Shown here: in pieces, positions 9,591-19,817 of the stretch
Layout: the number at the start of each line of letters is the position of its first letter
Position numbering within the stretch: the stretch's first letter is position 1
Assembly: GCA_041744215.1 (NCBI GenBank)
Contig: JBGTLG010000016.1
Location: 32,001-96,000 of the forward strand
From: Fimbriimonadales bacterium
GTDB taxonomy: Bacteria; Armatimonadota; Fimbriimonadia; Fimbriimonadales; ATM1
DNA length: 64,000 nucleotides
Direction of reading: 5' to 3'
Made by a program: the position numbers and the translations under genes
The notes under the pieces: generated by a model
The model's database searches: none
What the model saw: the letters and a program-made list of their open reading frames with translations, nothing else
Told to the model about the DNA's origin: nothing

Positions 9591-10712
9591 ATGATATCTG
9601 ACAATCTTTTCGACGCTCGCGCCAGTATCAAAGTCTTCGGGGTTGGCGGGGGCGGTTGCAATGCCGTTGACCGCATGATCGCCGCCCGAGTGATGGGTGT
9701 CACTTTCATCGCTGCCAACACGGACGCGCAAGCTCTGTCTGTTTCGAAGGCCGCTTACAGAATCCAGTTGGGGTCCCAGCTGACGTCGGGCTTAGGCAGC
9801 GGCGGCGACCCTTCTGTCGGCGAAGCGGCGGCAAGAGAGAGCCTGTCGTATATCGACGCTGCGCTCGACGGGGCGGATATGGTTTTCGTGACTGCAGGGA
9901 TGGGAGGCGGCACAGGATCTGGTGCCGCACCGCTCGTCGCTGAGCGCGCAAGACAGAAAGGGATCTTGACGATAGGGGTCGTAACGAAGCCTTTCGCGTT
10001 CGAGGGTCGCCGCCGTTCCGAGCAGGCCGAAGAGGCTTCAGCGCGGCTTCGTGAAAACGTTGACACGCTCATCACGATTCCGAACGACCGGCTCACGCAA
10101 ATCGCCGATCGCAAAACGACGATGACTGATGCGTTCACGATGGCGGACGACGTTCTCCGGGCTGGCGTTCAGGGCATTTCTGAAATCATCCTCCGCCCGG
10201 GGATGATCAACGTCGATTTCGCGGATGTTCGAAATGTCATGTCTAATGCTGGCGTCGCGCTTATGGGGTTTGGCGTTGCGCGCGGAGACAACCGGGCGCG
10301 AGCCGCCGCAGAGATGGCTGCGAACAGCCCACTCCTGGAAACGAACATCGAGGGAGCGACGCGGCTGCTGGTCAACATCACGACCGGCCCAGACTTCACT
10401 ATCGGCGAAGTTCACGACGCGATGGACTACCTATTGCAGTTCACCCACCCGGATGACTCTGAAATCACCGTCGGCCACGTGCTACGCCAAGATTTGGGAG
10501 ATCAGGTCTACGTGACGCTTCTCGCAGCGGGAATGACTGCTGTTGTCCCGCGCGAGTGGGCATCTTCGGCACCGGCGCGGAGGACCGAATCGCAGCCGAC
10601 CGACGTGCCTGTTCTCGAATCTGACCAGACCGAGATGGCGGCCGTTTCCGCAGGGCCCCAAGACCTCGACATTCCGACGTTCCTTCGTCGCCAGCAAGAG
10701 AGTCGACAGTAG
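9591..10712 (+). CDS. ftsZ: Cell division protein FtsZ
   Basis: GVGGGGCNAV, tubulin signature GMGGGTGSG, INVDFADV, C-terminal LDIPTFLRR. Confidence 0.97.
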   Translation: MISDNLFDARASIKVFGVGGGGCNAVDRMIAARVMGVTFIAANTDAQALSVSKAAYRIQLGSQLTSGLGSGGDPSVGEAAARESLSYIDAALDGADMVFVTAGMGGGTGSGAAPLVAERARQKGILTIGVVTKPFAFEGRRRSEQAEEASARLRENVDTLITIPNDRLTQIADRKTTMTDAFTMADDVLRAGVQGISEIILRPGMINVDFADVRNVMSNAGVALMGFGVARGDNRARAAAEMAANSPLLETNIEGATRLLVNITTGPDFTIGEVHDAMDYLLQFTHPDDSEITVGHVLRQDLGDQVYVTLLAAGMTAVVPREWASSAPARRTESQPTDVPVLESDQTEMAAVSAGPQDLDIPTFLRRQQESRQ

Positions 10713-10807
10713 GACTTTCGGCGGAGAAACCGGCCGAGACCCGGAGTTTCTGCGCTTGACATCAACCAAAAGCGCTGAGAACAGGTATGTAGCATCAGGT
10801 TCTCCTT

Positions 10808-11326
10808 GTGTTTAACTGGTACTACGTCGGCCAATATGGACAACTCGGCCCCCTAAGTGAGGAGCAAATGGTTGAGTTGATAGACTCTGGCGTCATTTCG
10901 GCCGACACCTACGTTTGGAAGCGCGGCCTGCCTGATTGGATTCAGGCTGACGCGGCCTCTGAGTTTCGCCGACGGCTGACGCCGAACTTTCCGCCTCCTC
11001 CTCCCCCCAGCCAGCAGATGGCGTCTGCGAGATCTGTCCCGCCACCCGATCCAGTGTCGAAGTATTCCATGCAGGCGTACTACTCAGGATCGACCCAATC
11101 GGGGGGAGTGGTCAGCCCAAGCAGCCGGGTCGCAGCCGGGGTCTTGCAGCTCCTACTGCCCGGCGTCGGGCGGATGTATCTGGGCTACACGGCGATAGGC
11201 GTCCTTCAACTCGTACTGACTATCTGCACTCTAGGGATGCTGTGGATCTGGCCGTTCGTTGATGGAATCCTAATCCTTGCTGGAACAGTCCGTCACGACG
11301 GATACGGTCGAGTACTCAGAGACTGA
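10808..11326 (+). CDS. GYF_2 (DUF4339) domain + TM2 domain protein
   Basis: WYY...QLGP...TYVWKRGLPDW, Pro-rich linker, then SRVAAGVLQLLLPGVGRMYLG. Confidence 0.75.
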   Translation: MFNWYYVGQYGQLGPLSEEQMVELIDSGVISADTYVWKRGLPDWIQADAASEFRRRLTPNFPPPPPPSQQMASARSVPPPDPVSKYSMQAYYSGSTQSGGVVSPSSRVAAGVLQLLLPGVGRMYLGYTAIGVLQLVLTICTLGMLWIWPFVDGILILAGTVRHDGYGRVLRD

Positions 11327-12225
11327 TGCTCATCGGATTATCGCTGGCGGTTGCCGTTTATCTGCTGATACTGATTATTGTGGCTTGGGCAGCGACGCAC
11401 CCGCCACGCTCGCCTATCTTTCTCTCGCCTAGCGCTATGGGTATCGCGGTTGAGGAAATCGAGCTCCCATGTGAGGGACTAACGCTCCGCGGTTGGTGGG
11501 TCGATCACCCGAATCCAAAGGCGACGGCCGTACTATTGCACGGATACGTTATGAACCGTGCGGAGAACGCTGCGCTGGCGGCGCGTCTACACGAAGAGGG
11601 AGTCGCCTGTTTACTTCTCGACTTCCGAGCGCACGGGAAGAGCGATGGCAATCTCACAGGGATCGGTTGGCCGGAGCGTGCTGACGTACTGTGTGCGTGC
11701 GAGTTCGTCGCCAAACGCCACCCGCAAACACCCCGAGTGCTGATCGGGTCGAGCATGGGTGCAGCGGCAGCGGCATTCGCTATCGCGGAAGACCCAACTT
11801 GTGCAGACGGGATCGTTCTCGATAGCTCCTATTCTTCTCTACCGAGCGCGACGCTTGGTTGGTGGCGGTTCATTGGCGGCAGACCTGCGTCGGCATTGCT
11901 CGCTCCTGTAATACTCGTGGCTTGGCCAATGGTTCCGTTCAACCCCTTCTCGGTCAACGTCGGCCGGGCCCTCGCGCGATCAGACAAACCCGTTCTGATT
12001 ATCCACGGGGATGAGGATGACTTAGTGAATGTCGAGCACGCGGTGAGAAATCATCGTCTGGCGGGCGGCAAGAAGCATCTGGAGATTGTAGCGGGATCGT
12101 CGCATTCGGAGACCCGCTGGCTCGATCCGGAGCGATACGCGGAGCTTTTGATCGCTTTCATTGATGATCTTGTTTCCGACCGGATTGAACCTCCGTTATC
12201 GGCTCACGATTCGTCCCTGTCTTAG
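11326..12225 (+). CDS. Alpha/beta hydrolase with N-terminal membrane anchor
   Basis: LLHGY, DFRAHGKS, nucleophile elbow GSSMG, IIHGDEDDLV, His in GSSH. Confidence 0.85.
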   Translation: MLIGLSLAVAVYLLILIIVAWAATHPPRSPIFLSPSAMGIAVEEIELPCEGLTLRGWWVDHPNPKATAVLLHGYVMNRAENAALAARLHEEGVACLLLDFRAHGKSDGNLTGIGWPERADVLCACEFVAKRHPQTPRVLIGSSMGAAAAAFAIAEDPTCADGIVLDSSYSSLPSATLGWWRFIGGRPASALLAPVILVAWPMVPFNPFSVNVGRALARSDKPVLIIHGDEDDLVNVEHAVRNHRLAGGKKHLEIVAGSSHSETRWLDPERYAELLIAFIDDLVSDRIEPPLSAHDSSLS

Positions 12226-13590
12226 GTGACAGACGTCCTGAGAGCGTTCCTCATTTACGCAAAGACGAGCTACGCCAGATTCCTGATGCTCGGACTCCTG
12301 GTGGTGTTGGCTTCGAAGCTGTCCGTTACGCCAGTAGGCTTGGCGGTTTTTGCCGCGGCAGCCATGCTCGCGTTCACGAATGGGCGCATGGCGATCATGT
12401 TTCTTTTTGGGTCGACATTCCTGCCTTATGTGTTTGGCGTTCCTGTAACACAGGCCTACGCAGCAGTGATCCTCTTGCTACCGATGGTGCTGTTAGATTT
12501 GAGTAGAGCTTCAAAACTTGTCCCTCGCTCATTCGCTCTGCTGCTCCTGATAGTGGCTGCACTGATCGCTGCGACCTATCCCTTTCATAAGTCGATTGAC
12601 GTCCAAGTTCTTGGCTTTTCGCTTTGTGGCGCGCTCGTAGCGTGCTATCTCGTTCGGCGTGACTCGATACCAGTCACGGAGATCTTGGGTGATTTGGCGT
12701 GGGTGGTAGGAGCGACGCTGTTTGTTCCGCTCCTGTCTAACTCAATCGCGGTGCCTCTCTCTCCTTTTTGGGTAGATCGACACCTCGGATACTTCGCAAT
12801 CGATCGGTTCAGTGTCGCGTTTGTTGAGCCAAACACGGTCAGCGCGTACTTGGCAGCTACGTTTCTGTTGATCCTGATCAGCTACCGCCACCGGAGCTAC
12901 TTGACTCTGCTCACAGCGAGCGCATTCTCCGTGCTGTTGCTTTACGGAGTCAACCTAGCGGGATCTAGGACCGCCTTAGCATTTGCCGCGATCGCAATCA
13001 CGGCTGTCAGTTTTGTCTCGCTTGCGCTTCAGTACCGCGGACGAACCGAATTCTCTGTCTCGTGGCCTTCCGTGCGGATGCTTTGTCTCTCAGTTTTGAT
13101 GCTCATTGTCGCCGGAACGCTCAGCTACTCTGTTGCCCTGGGGGAGCCGCCCGCAGGGCTGTCACGGCTGGCCGGCACTTCTGGCTTCGAGGAAACCGGT
13201 CGGCCAAAGTCTTTTCGCGACGCCGCCCCTCTCCTCGACACGGTGCCGATAGCTGGCAGAAACCTCCAGCATTACGTGCTTCACGAGGCAGCTCACACCC
13301 CTCACGCAAGTCCACTTGCAGCGCTCCTTTTTCTGGGCCTCCCTGTCGCGCTGGGCTTGTTTGCGCTGGTCAGTGTTCCTATCATCGACCTGCTGACTGG
13401 GTCGAAACTGAGCCCCACTCCACATTTGGCGGTGGCGATTGGAGCGCTGTTCGTGATTATGCTGACGTTGCCGATAACCTCAGATCGAGGGATGCTCGTC
13501 CTGATAGGGTTATGGTTCGGGGCCTCACGGTTACCAAGTTACGCGTTCCGAGGTGCGCAGGCGCGCTCCGCTCCGTCCTTAAGCCCGTAG
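12226..13590 (+). CDS. O-antigen ligase / Wzy-like polysaccharide polymerase
   Basis: Many TM segments; FVEPN, AGSRTAL and HTPH motifs; next to a chain-length protein. Confidence 0.65.
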   Translation: MTDVLRAFLIYAKTSYARFLMLGLLVVLASKLSVTPVGLAVFAAAAMLAFTNGRMAIMFLFGSTFLPYVFGVPVTQAYAAVILLLPMVLLDLSRASKLVPRSFALLLLIVAALIAATYPFHKSIDVQVLGFSLCGALVACYLVRRDSIPVTEILGDLAWVVGATLFVPLLSNSIAVPLSPFWVDRHLGYFAIDRFSVAFVEPNTVSAYLAATFLLILISYRHRSYLTLLTASAFSVLLLYGVNLAGSRTALAFAAIAITAVSFVSLALQYRGRTEFSVSWPSVRMLCLSVLMLIVAGTLSYSVALGEPPAGLSRLAGTSGFEETGRPKSFRDAAPLLDTVPIAGRNLQHYVLHEAAHTPHASPLAALLFLGLPVALGLFALVSVPIIDLLTGSKLSPTPHLAVAIGALFVIMLTLPITSDRGMLVLIGLWFGASRLPSYAFRGAQARSAPSLSP

Positions 13591-13594
13591 CCGT

Positions 13595-14953
13595 ATGAAC
13601 ATCCGCTCTCTGCTTTCGCCCGGAACCGCGTGGTCTGTCTTAGTGTGGATGTTCTTCCTCGGCCTGCTAGCTTTCGTGGTTGCCAGCGTGCTTCCCAAGA
13701 AATTCGAGGCAAAGACGATGCTTATGTTCCCGCAGGCGGGTGCTGCCGACACAAACACAGGGCGCGCGCTTCTTAGTCCATTTGCAGCCGACAGGGAGGG
13801 CGCCTACCTGATGAGCGGGCAAATCTTTCTTCCGACTATCGGAACGTCGCCAAACTCGCTGATCGACCTGCTGATCAGCCGCGCTGCGGCGGAAGAGGTA
13901 GCAACGAAGAACGGGCAGGCTCTGTTTGGCGCGCCCCCGACGAGCCAACAGTTAGAGGAGTTTCAGGAAAGTGTTCGCTTTGAAGTGACTGAGAACGGAA
14001 ACCTGCTTGTCGCGTTCATGCACTCGGACAGTGGCGCCGCTGAGAAAGTCGTCACGGACTTGCTGGCTTATTGCGATGCTCGTGTTCGTGATTTAACAAG
14101 AGAATTTGCTCGAGACAGCCTTGAGTTTCTTGGCGAAGAGGTTGTCCGTCGACAGTCTGAAGTGTCACGGAGATCAGAAGCTCTGAATACATCGTTCTAC
14201 AGCTCTCCGATGGCCGCGCTGACGGGCGCACGTGATCGATTGGCAGGCGAGGTTATCACGGCCAATGCAATGTTGCGACAGTTCGAAGTCAACCTCGATG
14301 GCGCGAATGCCGCAATAACGGCTGCGCTCAAAGCCCTGCGAACAGCGCGCGCAGAGGGCGTCGGGGGAGAAGCCTATTCGACTCTTGCTTCAACCCTCAA
14401 GTCACAAGTAGCGGAGGCTCGTCAAAAGCTCAACATTGCCGCATTTTCGGTTGGTGACAACTCTCCTGAGATGCGCCGGCTACGCGATGAGTTTGCTGCT
14501 GTTACAAAGACCTATTTGGAGGAGCTTGATGCGACTGTGCGAGCTGCTGAACAGGGCGCGCTGTCAATAACCCTGGATGACGAGCGGTCTCGTGCTTCGA
14601 CGGTGGCCCAAGTCCGACGAATTCGAAGCCAAGTTTCCAAGCTTCGCGCAGACACACTAGAACTTGCAGATCTCGAGATCGAACAGCGATTGTTAGCTCG
14701 CGACCTCGAAAGAGCGGAAGCGCAACTTGATCTCGCGTCGAGCCAACTTGCAATGGCGCGAATCGCGGAGGAAAAGCGGTACAAGCCGTTTGTCGTACTT
14801 GATCCAGTGTTTGCCTCAGATCGGCCGGTCTTTCCGCGGCGCGGTTTGTTCACTGCTGGCGGGATCGGCCTTGGTCTTTTTATTGGGCTGTTCTTTTACA
14901 TTCGAACGCTTGGGCGTTCGTTAAGCGGCGATCCTCATGAGGGCGACGTCTGA
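13595..14953 (+). CDS. Polysaccharide chain-length determinant (Wzz/GumC-like), no kinase domain
   Basis: TM, LPKKFEA, long coiled coil, VVLDP...PVFPRR, C-terminal TM. Confidence 0.75.
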   Translation: MNIRSLLSPGTAWSVLVWMFFLGLLAFVVASVLPKKFEAKTMLMFPQAGAADTNTGRALLSPFAADREGAYLMSGQIFLPTIGTSPNSLIDLLISRAAAEEVATKNGQALFGAPPTSQQLEEFQESVRFEVTENGNLLVAFMHSDSGAAEKVVTDLLAYCDARVRDLTREFARDSLEFLGEEVVRRQSEVSRRSEALNTSFYSSPMAALTGARDRLAGEVITANAMLRQFEVNLDGANAAITAALKALRTARAEGVGGEAYSTLASTLKSQVAEARQKLNIAAFSVGDNSPEMRRLRDEFAAVTKTYLEELDATVRAAEQGALSITLDDERSRASTVAQVRRIRSQVSKLRADTLELADLEIEQRLLARDLERAEAQLDLASSQLAMARIAEEKRYKPFVVLDPVFASDRPVFPRRGLFTAGGIGLGLFIGLFFYIRTLGRSLSGDPHEGDV

Positions 14954-16177
14954 GTGGTTGGTTGAGGTGCCGCGTGCATAGAATCGCAAAATTTTTGGCG
15001 TCCTCATGGCGGAGAGTATTCGATTCGCGCAGGATTCGATCTCTCTGACGACTGCATCGTGCTCCACGAGGACGACGAGCAGATCCGCACCTTGCGCGAG
15101 TGATGCAAGAGTCTGCGAGTTCTGATCGTCAATGATCGGGTCAGCTGAAATCACGTCGAAACCCTCCCGTCGCAGAATCTCTAGAACCTCAATCGCAGGC
15201 GACTCTCGCTCGTCCCTGCAATTGGGCTTGAACGCTCTTCCAATCGCTACGATGCGCGGGGTGGCGACGGTTGCCACTGCGTTACGAATCTGTGCAGCGA
15301 TTTTGTGCGGCCTCTGGTCGTTGACCCGTCTGGCACACTGAATCAAAGTTGAGTTTTCGCGATCAATCTCGGATATGAACCATGGGTCTACTGGAATGCA
15401 GTGACCTCCAACTCCGATCCCGGGTGAAAGTATGTTCACGCGCGGATGCTGATTCGCCATCGCGATTACCTTCGTTGGGTCAACGTCGATTCCCTCGCAG
15501 ATTGCTGCAAGCTCATTTGCAAAGGCGATGTTCACATCTCGATACGCGTTCTCAGACAGCTTGCAGATTTCTGCCTCGATGTCTGTTGCGGGGTTTAGCT
15601 CGCCATCAACGAAGAGGCGGTACACGTTTATTGCCGCGACGGTCGACGCCGGCGTGACCCCGCCGATTACTCTCGAGTTTGTCGTAATCTCACTAATCGC
15701 GTTGCCTGGGAGGACTCTTTCTGGGCAATGTGCAAGGAAAATATCGGCATCCACCAACAATTCCGACGATTCGAGGATTGGCTTGACGATCTCACGAGTG
15801 CAAAGTACCGGTATCGTGCTCTCGACAATCACGATGCTTCCTCTTCTCAGGTGCGGAACGATAGATTCGCACGCGGCCGTCAGGCATTTCAGATCGGCAA
15901 TTTTTTTTCGCTTATCAATGGGCGTCGGCACGCAGATGAAGAAGGCGTCCGCACCCACCGGGCTAACACGGGCAGACAGATTTCTCCTCACATCTCGGTC
16001 TCTCAAGAGCGCATTGATGGAGCCTTCTTCGACGACTAACGTGGCCGAGTTGATAGCTTCGACGAGATCGGCCCGTAGGTCGACGGCGGTAGTATGCACC
16101 CCCGCCTTGGCTAGTAAGGCGGCGGTTGGGAGACCGACATATCCTGCACCTACAACAACAGCGCTATGAATGCTCAT
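14921..16177 (-). CDS. Nucleotide sugar dehydrogenase (UDP-ManNAc dehydrogenase, WecC-like)
   Basis: VVGAGYVGLP, CVPTP, HCPERVLPG, GVGGHCIPVDP, AFKPN..D.RESP. Confidence 0.9.
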   Translation of the reverse strand: MSIHSAVVVGAGYVGLPTAALLAKAGVHTTAVDLRADLVEAINSATLVVEEGSINALLRDRDVRRNLSARVSPVGADAFFICVPTPIDKRKKIADLKCLTAACESIVPHLRRGSIVIVESTIPVLCTREIVKPILESSELLVDADIFLAHCPERVLPGNAISEITTNSRVIGGVTPASTVAAINVYRLFVDGELNPATDIEAEICKLSENAYRDVNIAFANELAAICEGIDVDPTKVIAMANQHPRVNILSPGIGVGGHCIPVDPWFISEIDRENSTLIQCARRVNDQRPHKIAAQIRNAVATVATPRIVAIGRAFKPNCRDERESPAIEVLEILRREGFDVISADPIIDDQNSQTLASLAQGADLLVVLVEHDAVVREIESCANRILSAMRTPKILRFYARGTSTNHSDVALMRIAA

Positions 16178-16226
16178 ATTCCCTCTCTAATGGGCTCGTG
16201 CCCGGTAATCTGGATTCTCGGCTGAA

Positions 16227-17216
16227 ATGGCTAAAACCTCAAGTACTTTGTTCGTTTATCCTCGCGTCTGGATGGGCGGCGCTGCGAGCATGGCTGCGCG
16301 GTATCGCCATCTGCTGACATCCTGCGATGGTTTCGAGCCGGACGAGGTCACAAAGCAAGCGCTGATTCAGAGCCTTGTTTCGGGATCTCCGCTGCCCGAC
16401 CTTGCGCCCCTACTCGAAGATGCTGTCGCACTGGTGATCGGCGCTGGGCCGCCTGACGTGGTTCGCTTTGCCACTTTGCTTGCCGAGAAGTTTCCTGAGA
16501 AGTCGGTGATCAGCTGGCATGATCCTATGTTGCCTGAATACTCCGAACTGGAAATCGCCGCAGCGCGAACTGCAAAGAAGCACATTTGCCCAACCAAGCC
16601 GCACCGTGAGCTGCTTCGACGGCGGGGGGCAGAGATAGCAATCGCGTGCACCCCGTTGCTGGATGCAAAGCCGATTGAGTTGCGGGACCGAGCACAGCTG
16701 TGGGATGTTTGTCACTTTGGCTGGGTTGGTCGAGGGGCACGCGATTTGCCAGGACTTGTATCCGGAGTTGCGCGTGCACGCAAGCCCGGTTCGCGATGGC
16801 GTGTTGTTCAATATGGCGCGCTGCCGGCAGGGATGCCTCTTCAAATGATCGCCCACCGATTGAGTGGAGCATTTGAGCTGAAAGGCGAAGTGGCACAGCA
16901 GGCTATTCCTTCAGTGTACACCGATGTTCGTACGGCAGCGGTTTTGCAGGTAGGCGGATTTCTGGGAGAAATGTGCATCCCTGGCAAACTGATCGAGGCG
17001 GTCTTCTATGGTTGTCCGCCGCTGTGTGATCGACGGGGGGGGCTACTGACCCAGGTCTGTGACGAGGCAAATCTGCCTTCATGGTCGAAGCCCGTGGATG
17101 TGCCGGGGATTCTTGAAGCAGTCGATGGCTTTGTCGGAGAGGAATTCGCAATGCGACTGGGTGGTGCAATAGCGGACTGCGGAGTCACCGAGGCGTTCGA
17201 GATTCTGTCGAAGTGA
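16227..17216 (+). CDS. Putative divergent glycosyltransferase (GT-B-like)
   Basis: C-terminal IPGKLIEAVFYGCP resembles the GT4 P.K..E...G.P motif; located in polysaccharide locus. Confidence 0.5.
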   Translation: MAKTSSTLFVYPRVWMGGAASMAARYRHLLTSCDGFEPDEVTKQALIQSLVSGSPLPDLAPLLEDAVALVIGAGPPDVVRFATLLAEKFPEKSVISWHDPMLPEYSELEIAAARTAKKHICPTKPHRELLRRRGAEIAIACTPLLDAKPIELRDRAQLWDVCHFGWVGRGARDLPGLVSGVARARKPGSRWRVVQYGALPAGMPLQMIAHRLSGAFELKGEVAQQAIPSVYTDVRTAAVLQVGGFLGEMCIPGKLIEAVFYGCPPLCDRRGGLLTQVCDEANLPSWSKPVDVPGILEAVDGFVGEEFAMRLGGAIADCGVTEAFEILSK

Positions 17217-18381
17217 TCTCGTCGTAGAGCAACTCATACCGGTCAACGATCTTATCCCACGTATAGTCTCGTTCTACGAGCTGTCGTGCGTTGTCACCCA
17301 TCTTCAGAGTCAGCTCCAAATCGGTGAGCATCTCTGTCATCGACTTCGCGAACGCTTCAACGGTTCGTGGCACTATTCGTCCCGCACGATTTTGCTCTAT
17401 CTCGTCAAAGTGCGCCCCAGGAGTAGTTAAGATTGCGCACCGGTTAGCCATTGCTTCTAGCAAAGCGATTGAGAACCCTTCGGACTCAGTGGGGAGAACA
17501 AACAGGTCCGCTCGATCGAGCAGACGCTGCTTCAAGTCTCCCGTTACTGGGCCGGTTATCTCGATTTGTGATTCGGCATTGGCAGCACGAATTGACTCGC
17601 GCAGAGCGTTCTCTATTCCAAACTCGTCGGGTCCAGCGAGAATGAGGCGCGCATTAGGGACATCGTTTCGAACTCTAAGAAAAGCCTCCAAAGCAATGTC
17701 TGCGCCTTTGATTGGATGCATTCGCGCCATAAACAGCACAACTACCTCTGCGGACTGCCTATTCTGTGCTCCTTCAGCGGGCAAGTCGATCCCATTTGGG
17801 ATAACGGCTACTTTGTTGGAGAGTCCAAGTTGGCGATACGTCTTTTCTTCGTACTTCGTGAGCGCAATTAGCGCACTTGCGCGACGACAAGCAGGCAACT
17901 CGAACAAGGCCAAGTAGAGCCTCTTCTTTAGAGATCTGCGCGCCAACCGTTTGGAATCAAAAACACCGTGCTGGCTGTAGACATACGGTATTCGCTTGTC
18001 AGCCGCAAAACGCGAACAAACGCGATTGCTGTGGATAAAAGGAAGCTGGGAGTGAATGACATCGAAGTCAACTTCGCTCGAGTCAAGCCAAGGTTTAAGC
18101 GCAGGAGTGCGGTAGTCAGCATTGCTCTTGCGGAAGTAGCTTGTCGGAATCCACTTCGTCCAGGAGTCGTGCATCCGAAAGTAGCGAACTTCTACGCCAT
18201 CGACCTCGTGCCAACGCTCTGTATCGATGTCAAGCCTCTCTGTAAGGTTCGAATCAGTCGCAGCGACCATCACTCGGTGCCCGCGCTTTACAAGCCGCTC
18301 CGCAAGCGGAGCGACAGCAAGTATCGGCCCGCCAAGATTGTATGCTGGCTTCCAGCCAACTGCATTGTAGAGGATCGTCAA
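17185..18381 (-). CDS. Glycosyltransferase family 4
   Basis: VIPNGID, FMARMHPIKG, ESEGFSIALLEAMA. Confidence 0.9.
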   Translation of the reverse strand: MTILYNAVGWKPAYNLGGPILAVAPLAERLVKRGHRVMVAATDSNLTERLDIDTERWHEVDGVEVRYFRMHDSWTKWIPTSYFRKSNADYRTPALKPWLDSSEVDFDVIHSQLPFIHSNRVCSRFAADKRIPYVYSQHGVFDSKRLARRSLKKRLYLALFELPACRRASALIALTKYEEKTYRQLGLSNKVAVIPNGIDLPAEGAQNRQSAEVVVLFMARMHPIKGADIALEAFLRVRNDVPNARLILAGPDEFGIENALRESIRAANAESQIEITGPVTGDLKQRLLDRADLFVLPTESEGFSIALLEAMANRCAILTTPGAHFDEIEQNRAGRIVPRTVEAFAKSMTEMLTDLELTLKMGDNARQLVERDYTWDKIVDRYELLYDEITSTESRTPR

Positions 18382-18384
18382 TGT

Positions 18385-19764
18385 CTACCGCCGCAAGATG
18401 TTTGCAATGCCGGCCGCGCTCAAGACAGCACTCACGATTTTTTCGAACTCGATCCGCGGCGTTTCGCCCGCGAAGATGATGTCTCCGGTCACAAGCACTG
18501 GGTTTGCCGAAGGATCTCCGTCTTTCAAGTATTTTGAAAAGTCCACAGAGATTGTCGAAACATCTCCGTCAGGCAGTACGCGAATGATAGACAGTCGATT
18601 CGCCGGGCCACGTTTTGTGAGTCCGCCCGCCATTCCTATCGCGTCGGAGAGATGCATTTCGTCGTCATCGCGCATTGTGAATAGGCCGGGCGTATTGACC
18701 TCTCCCATCACAGCGACTCTCCGCGTGTTCGTGCTGACGACTATCAGATCGCCAGCCTCGATAGGAATACCTTCGACATTGGATCGCAAGTCAACGGTAA
18801 TCGTCTGGTCTCCGCGGATGACGCGAACGTCTCGCAAGGATGCGTCCGTGCTAAGGCCCCCCGAGTTGGCGATGGCGCGGGTTATCGGGCTGCCCACCGG
18901 CACGTCCTTTTGCCCCGGGTTTTCAACCGACCCGAACACCCAAACGCGATGGGTTTCCGGCAACGCCAAAGAGACAAAGTCGCCATCCTTTAACTCGAAG
19001 TTAGGTGCGCGACCTGTTTCGATCTGCAACAGCGACGACCTCAAGACTTCCACGCCCTGCCTCGACAGAGTGACAATGATCTGCTCACGCAAATCTTCCT
19101 GCCCCGGCAGTGCTATTGCAGAGACAAACTCCGTGATTGAGGTCCCCGTCTCAACCATCGAAGTGCCTGGCTGTCTAGTTAGCCCACTCGACCAAACTCG
19201 AAGCTGTCGCAGGGTCTGAATGCTGATTACATCACCTGGCTCAATGAGGAGGCTCCCAGCAGAGTCGTCTGTTGCGCCGACATTGTAGAGATCGAAGGTT
19301 TCGCGCAGCTTGCCATCGCGAAAAATGGCTGCTTGTAGCCGCTCGGGCCGAAGACTGAGTCCGCCTGCCAATGCAATAGCCTCTCGGAGGGTCAGCTTGT
19401 CAGGCAGCGCGAACTGTCCGCCTTCCGAGACTTCACCGATAATCGAAAAGTAAGTGGGGCGCACTTTCGTCAGCAGAACGAAGCATTGCGAATAGGGGAA
19501 CCTCGGACGCAAGGTTGAGGCAATGTGGTCCTGTAACGCAACCGCAGTACGACCTGATGCTTGGATCGCACCAGCATAAGGCACCGTAATCTCGCCGCCC
19601 GGCGGAATCTCGAGTTCCATTTCTGACGGGCCAACCGGAACAAGGCCCTCGACACCGAGGACCAGTCGAATTTTGATGAAATCGCCAGGTTTTAGTCGAT
19701 ACGGCTCCGCGGCAGCAAGACACGCCAGGTGCAAGACGGCGACGAGTAGGGCAATCCTATGCAT
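18385..19764 (-). CDS. Polysaccharide export protein (Wza-like, SLBB repeats)
   Basis: YRLKPGD, GEITVPYAG, repeated G.V..PG and AIALAGG SLBB motifs. Confidence 0.85.
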   Translation of the reverse strand: MHRIALLVAVLHLACLAAAEPYRLKPGDFIKIRLVLGVEGLVPVGPSEMELEIPPGGEITVPYAGAIQASGRTAVALQDHIASTLRPRFPYSQCFVLLTKVRPTYFSIIGEVSEGGQFALPDKLTLREAIALAGGLSLRPERLQAAIFRDGKLRETFDLYNVGATDDSAGSLLIEPGDVISIQTLRQLRVWSSGLTRQPGTSMVETGTSITEFVSAIALPGQEDLREQIIVTLSRQGVEVLRSSLLQIETGRAPNFELKDGDFVSLALPETHRVWVFGSVENPGQKDVPVGSPITRAIANSGGLSTDASLRDVRVIRGDQTITVDLRSNVEGIPIEAGDLIVVSTNTRRVAVMGEVNTPGLFTMRDDDEMHLSDAIGMAGGLTKRGPANRLSIIRVLPDGDVSTISVDFSKYLKDGDPSANPVLVTGDIIFAGETPRIEFEKIVSAVLSAAGIANILRR

Positions 19765-19817
19765 GACGTTAACTAGGACTTGTGATAAACCTGCGAAGCC
19801 GCGGGTAATCTCAACTC

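Noticed and set aside
18030-18038. Perfect DnaA box TGTGGATAA
   Set aside because: Single copy inside a coding region; I saw no box cluster or AT-rich unwinding element.
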